The notes under the pieces are model-generated. The model was not told where the DNA came from and ran no database searches. It saw only the letters and a list, made by a program, of their open reading frames with translations. Positions 48,021-64,000 of a DNA stretch of 64,000 nt are shown here, in pieces. Numbering within the stretch: position 1 is the stretch's first letter; every line of letters starts with the position of its first letter. The position numbers and the translations under genes are program-made. This stretch comes from the human T2T-CHM13v2.0 reference genome, Homo sapiens, in assembly GCF_009914755.1 (NCBI RefSeq), contig NC_060943.1. One strand, written 5' to 3'.

Positions 48021-48165
48021 AAATGGAAGAGTCTAAAAAGCAATGGAAGATTGTGGAAAATGATGGAAGATTCTGGAAAGTGGTGGAAGATTCCAGAAAA
48101 TGATGGAAGATTCCAGAAAGTGATGAAAGATTCTGGAAAGCAATGAAACATTCCAGAAAGTGATG
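48021..48165. repeat. 20-bp tandem array (~7 copies, TGATGGAAGATTCYRGAAAR) forming in-phase heat-shock elements
   Basis: Units start at 48021, 48041, 48061, 48081, 48101, 48121 and 48141; perfect nGAAnnTTCnnGAAn at 48065, 48085 and 48105. Confidence 0.85.
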
Positions 48166-48237
48166 AGACAGTGATAGAGTCTGGTTCCAGGCGAAGTGGG
48201 AGAGGATGGGATTTGAGAAGGGAATGATCCCTCCTCA

Positions 48238-48633
<396 letters not shown>

Positions 48634-49682
48634 TTACTTATCTACACAGCATCCTTGGAGGATCCCTTGGGGGTCTGCAGCCACCTTCCACCCAAGCCCT
48701 CACCCAAACCCCCTCGAAAACACTCATGAAATGAGTTCTGTGATCCAGGACCCATGCCGGGCACTGGGCATATGGCCGAGAACAGGACAGGCATCTGCAC
48801 CCATGGAGAGGGCATGGCAGAGACTCAAGGAAGGAGCCACAACTGGTCCAAGATCCTGGCCAATATGTCCTGAGGCAAACCTGCATCCCCATCCTTCTTG
48901 TCTGATTTCAGACCCTTGCTATGGAATGATGCTACTTCCCACCTGAGACTACTGTTTCTGCAAAGTGCCAAGGGGATGGAAGACAGGCTGTAATAGGTTG
49001 GGGAAAAAAAAAGCCAGGATACTTGGAGCTCTTCCCATGAAAAGGTGGAGTCTATCTCACCACCCCTTGGCCCTGGGCATGGCCTTGTGAGTTATTTTGG
49101 TCAATGGGAATCAACAAGAATTGTCCAAGCAGAGATTTGGAATGGACTGTTGCCCTGGAGCTTGCCCTGGAGCTTGCTACTAGGAACCAACAGAGGACCA
49201 TGGAATGAAGCCTGAGCCAGCCTGCTGGAGCCTAAGAGGCTAGATGGACAGAGTGAGGCTCAGCCTCCCCCAGCTTAGGGCCCCCACCTTGGGACCACCC
49301 AGCCTGCTGACCACCAGACATGTGAGTGAAATCATCTAAGACTACCGAGTGCTAGCTGACACACCAGCAAAATGTAGCTACATGGGTGAAGCCAGGCAAG
49401 ACCAGAAGAACCGCCCAGCTGAGCCCAGCCCAAGTGGTCGACCCTGCCCAAGGGTCCCAGACCGGCTAGATGAGCCCATTCAGGCAGGTGCCAAATACCA
49501 TGTGTCCAGATGCACACAGTAATGAGGTTTCTGCAGCAAGGGCAGTTTGGCAAGCTCAAATGAATAAGAGGGCTTTTCTTGGCCTCCCTGGGGAACCCAT
49601 CCTTCACTCTCACTCAATGGTGAAGGCAAAGGAAGCTGATGAGTAGGGTTCTGGCCACCCACAGGGAAGGGATGGTACTCAC

Positions 49683-49750
49683 CATCACTGGCACTGAGAT
49701 ACTCAGGGTTTGAAGAAGCGTAAAGCGGTCCCAGCGGCCCATCTGGCTGC
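49683..49750 (-). CDS. INSR: INSR exon 16 (juxtamembrane [22 protein letters not shown])
   Basis: 68 bp, ctcctccag| ... |gtgagt; contains the NPEY PTB-docking motif. Confidence 0.97.
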
Positions 49751-50171
49751 CTGGAGGAGGAAAACGAGGCACGTTAGCTTGAGATTCTCATGGGACTCTG
49801 CAGAAAGGTGTTTCATACAAGACTCCCCAAGGCAAATGGCAGCCCTTACCAGCAGAATCCCCATAATCCTAGATGCAGTCTAGGGCAGGGATGGGGGACC
49901 TTTATGTTTTGAATGGAAGCCCATCAGACAGGTATGTAAGTGCATCAACATGGGAGCACTCATCCCTCCCTGGGTGGTTTTTTTTTTGTTTTGTTTTTGT
50001 TTTTGTTTTTACATTTCAGAGTTGCAGTCTTGCTCTGTTGTGGCTGGAGGGCAGTGGTATAATCATAGCTCACTGCAGTCTTAACCTTCTGGGCTCCAGA
50101 GATCCTCCCACTTCAGCTTTCTGAATAGCTGGGAATACAGGTGCTCACCACCACACCTGGCTAATTTGTAA

Positions 50172-50309
<138 letters not shown>

Positions 50310-50531
50310 TAAATAATTTATGGCCATCCATGTAACACTTAAAAGCCACTCACCCAGTACTGTTCTAGAGCGAGCTCATCCCGACTGATGAGAAACAATT
50401 ATTAAATTTTCAGGAAACTAGTGAGCCAGTTGTTAAATACAAGCATCATTAAAGATTAAATTGTACAATGCCTTCCAAATAGAACAAAAAATATAAATTA
50501 TAGAGGCTTACAATTAAATAAATTATCCTAA

Positions 50532-51121
<590 letters not shown>

Positions 51122-51415
51122 TGAGCCACCGTGCCCAGCTGAGAAAAATGTTTAATCATGTAGATTAAACTTAAAAGCGTGTCATGTCTGCAACTGTGAT
51201 GTTGCATGTGGCACAAAATGTTCTTCTGATATTTAAAAATTACCATCTGACTCAGCAAAGACGTCACTCATATCACTGATGAACATATATGTCTTATTTC
51301 AGTTTTGTCCTACTTTTTTTTTTTTTCCCGAGACGGAGTCTCCCTCTGTCGCCCAGGCTAGAATGCAATGGTGCGATTTCAGCTCACTGCAACCTCCGCC
51401 ACCAGGGTTCAGTAA

Positions 51416-51625
<210 letters not shown>

Positions 51626-51949
51626 TAATGTAAATTTTGAAAAATTAATCAACATTCACATTGGAGCTTTACTTGTTTATCAATTGCAATAATAGGTTAG
51701 CTTCGGATATAAAGGTTTGGGCAAAAAAAAAAATCAATAAAAACATTCTGTGAGAATCAACTGTCTAGAGGGAATTTACAATAAAGAGTTGTGTATATCA
51801 TATTATGACAATTATCTGTAAATTGCATGTTACACATCCTATATCAGCAAAATTCATAATAAACTTAAATATGCCTATACCTATATCAAGGCATGTTTTC
51901 CCCCAGAGAACCAACTGTTCCCAGCACACCACTGAACTCACTGAACTCA

Positions 51950-52111
<162 letters not shown>

Positions 52112-52445
52112 TCAAAAATCACATCCACTCCTGGAATGGGTGGGCCACCCTGTTCCTTCCCTCCCTTGTCCATGAACCTCTCTGCTGCTCTTCCACATCC
52201 TGATTTTCCAGCAGTCCCGAAACAGTCCCGTAGGTGCAGTGGGACCAGGCAGTGGGCTCAGAGGTCAGTATTCTGGAAGCACACTCTTCCCCACCCCTGC
52301 CCCAAATCACTGCTCATTTCCATCCCTCCCACATCTCAGGCAGTGGATGCAGGACCCTTTTCTGTCAGTTTAATGCTCTGCTGTTGCCCCTCTGAAATGC
52401 TTATTCATTTTATTTTAATTTTTATTTATTTACTTATTTTTGTGA

Positions 52446-52730
<285 letters not shown>

Positions 52731-53497
52731 TAATAATTTTAAAGCAAGGAGTTCTGCATTTTCATTGTTCACTGGGTCTTGCAAATTACATAGCTAGTCC
52801 CGATCCCAGCATGACTTTTGACAGATGTAAACTTCTTTTAATTTTTATTTTTTAGAGACAGGGTCTTACTCTGTCACCCAGGCTGGAGTATAGTGGCACA
52901 ATCACAGTTCACCGCAACCTCAAATTCCTGGGCCCAAGTGATCCCCCTGTCTCAGCCTCCCAAGTACCTGGGATTACAAGCATGCACCACCATAGCTGGC
53001 TAATTTTTGTATTTTTTTGTGGAGACAGAGTCTCGCTATGTTGCTCAGGCTGGTCTCTAATGCCTGTCCTCAAGCAATCCTGTTGCCTCAGCCTCCCAAA
53101 GTTCTGGGATTACAGGTGTGAGCCACCTCATCTAGCCAAAAAAACTCTAGTAACAAAGATGGAGACACTAGCAACAGGTGCCAGGCACTTAACATTTGTG
53201 TCATTAAAATGTCCCTCCACCTCCTGAAGTGGTTCTGTTATTATCTCCATGTACAGATGAGGAAGTGCAGGATTGCCAGATAAAGAAAATGTTATACATA
53301 CACACCATGGAATACTACACAGCCATGAAAAAGAATGAGATCATGTTCTTTGCAGCAACATGAATGGAGCTGGAGGTGATTATCCTAATTGAATTAACAC
53401 AGGGACAGAAAACCAACTACCTCATGTTCTCACCCATAAGTGAGAGTGAGACACTGACCACACATGGACAGAAAGAAGTGAACAGTAGACACCGGGA

Positions 53498-54328
<831 letters not shown>

Positions 54329-54989
54329 TGAGAGTGGTGGGTGAGAAGAGGGAAAGGATCAAAAAACGACCTATCAGGTACTATGCTGATTACATGGGTG
54401 ACAAAATTATCTGTACAGCAAACCCCCAACAACACCCAATTTACTTATTTTATTTTATTTTTTGAGACAGAGTCTCACTGTGTTGCCCAGGCTGGAGTGC
54501 AGTGGCACGATCTCGGTTCACTGCAAGCTCTGCTTCCCGGGTTCCTGAGGCTCCTGCCTCAGCCTCCTGAGTAGCTGGGACTACAGGCGCCCGCCACCAT
54601 GCCTGGCTAATTTATTTTTGTATTTTTAGTAGAGATGGGGTTTCACCATGTTGGCCAGGATGGTCTCGATCTCCTGACCTTGTGATCTGCCCGCCTCGGC
54701 CTCCCAAAGTGCTGGGATTACAGGTGTGAGCCACCGTGCCCAGCCACAATTTACTTATATAATGAACTGCACAGGTACCTCTGAAACTTTTTTTTTTTTT
54801 TTTTAAGTGCAGGATCAGGCCAGGCATGGTGGCTCATGCCTGTAATTCCAGCACTTTGGGAGGCCGAGGCGGGTGGATCACTTGAGGTCAGGAGTTTGAG
54901 ACCAGCCTGGCCAACATGGTGAAATGCCATCTCTACTAAAAATACAAGAATTAGCCGGGCGTGGTGGTGGGCACCTGTAGTCCCAGCTA

Positions 54990-55148
<159 letters not shown>

Positions 55149-55151
55149 TCA

Positions 55152-55493
<342 letters not shown>

Positions 55494-55669
55494 TCACAGC
55501 CAGGATCCTGCTCAGAAATGACGCCAAGGCAGCAAAGCACAGACTAAGACACATAAGCGACTTTGAGAATTGCAGAATTTTATAACCATAGTGCTATGGA
55601 TAAAGATATATGCAGAGGTTATCATTATCGGTAAGAGCCAGACTTCCTAAGCCAGAAGCCGAGCATTAA

Positions 55670-63165
<7,496 letters not shown>

Positions 63166-63387
63166 ACCCTGTTGCACATTCTTTACAATGCTCTGCAAGC
63201 CAGATTTGGCCCACAAGCCACAATAATTTAGAATTAGATCTCAATTGTAAATTATTGTCAAAGCCAAAATCTTTGGTTGCCAAGAGTAGATGTGGTCCCA
63301 GGAGGGGTAGAGGGAGGTCCACCTGGTTATAGGAGGACTCCCTCTCAAAGTTCCAGGAAATCAGACATTTTGCTGTAATCTCTGTTA

Positions 63388-63612
63388 GTTGTTGGCAAAC
63401 TCTGGCCCACCAACTAAACCTGGTCCACCACGTGTTTTTGTAAATAAAGTTTTATTGGCACACAACCACATCCATTCATTTACATATCACCCATGGCAGC
63501 TTTCTCAGTAGAATGGTGGAATTGAGTAGTTGTAACAGAAATCATCTGGCCACGGAGTCAAACATGTTTACTATCCAGACCTTTATGGTAAAAAAAATTT
63601 GGCAGTTTCTGG
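63388..63612 (+). mobile_element. MER58A (hAT-Charlie) DNA transposon fossil
   Basis: gttggcaaact...gtaaataaagttttattgg...gagtagttgtaacaga signature. Confidence 0.65.
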
Positions 63613-64000
63613 ATTGAAATATCAGTCATGCATTTGGATCATGATTCTATTCTTCCAGGTTTTGTGCAGCAACTTAAACTCTGGAAGCCTCAGTACCCAG
63701 CTCACTGGGATAATGTGAGGACGTATTGTACTTCCTCAGTCCCAAGAGGTATATTATTTTTGCATTTTGGCATTTCTGAAATTGGAATGCATCTTACAAG
63801 CAATGCATTTTACAAACACTTAACAGTACTCAGGATCTATATTCTACGAAAAAAATAAAATTAGAATTAACGGCCCTTTTTTTTTTTTTGCCTAGCTGTC
63901 CATAAAAATAATGGGGCCTCTCAAAATTTCCTAGAGGTAATAAAATGTGATCAATGAGATACTCTGTGTAACGTGCTGAATGTGTTTGGGACATACAGTG

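Overview
Human (primate) genomic DNA, very Alu-rich. It is recognisable as the 19p13.2 interval where two genes end tail-to-tail. On the + strand are the last three coding exons of the KRAB zinc-finger gene ZNF557: the KRAB-B exon 4108-4203, a linker exon 4718-4800 and a 10-finger C2H2 exon 5621-6487, followed by a 3' UTR with decayed fingers and Alus. On the - strand are exons 14-22 of the insulin receptor INSR (FnIII-3, transmembrane, juxtamembrane NPEY, tyrosine kinase, C-tail) and its ~4.8 kb Alu-free 3' UTR ending near 35355. The ~24 kb between them holds nested LTR/Alu insertions, an old ~49-bp degenerate tandem array, a CpG-island-like ~20-bp GC-rich array and a 3.5 kb low-complexity block. 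Almost all other ORFs in the track are Alu or simple-repeat artefacts. The most notable observations are: (1) a 20-bp tandem array in INSR intron 17 made of in-phase heat-shock elements; (2) an INSR exon 17 acceptor with no polypyrimidine tract, whose first 15 exonic nt look like a captured ancestral 3' splice site; (3) an orphan CpG island plus repeat module at 19-24.5 kb; (4) an LTR14-in-Alu-in-LTR8 triple nest. Repeat family names are from recognition, not RepeatMasker, and repeat boundaries are approximate.
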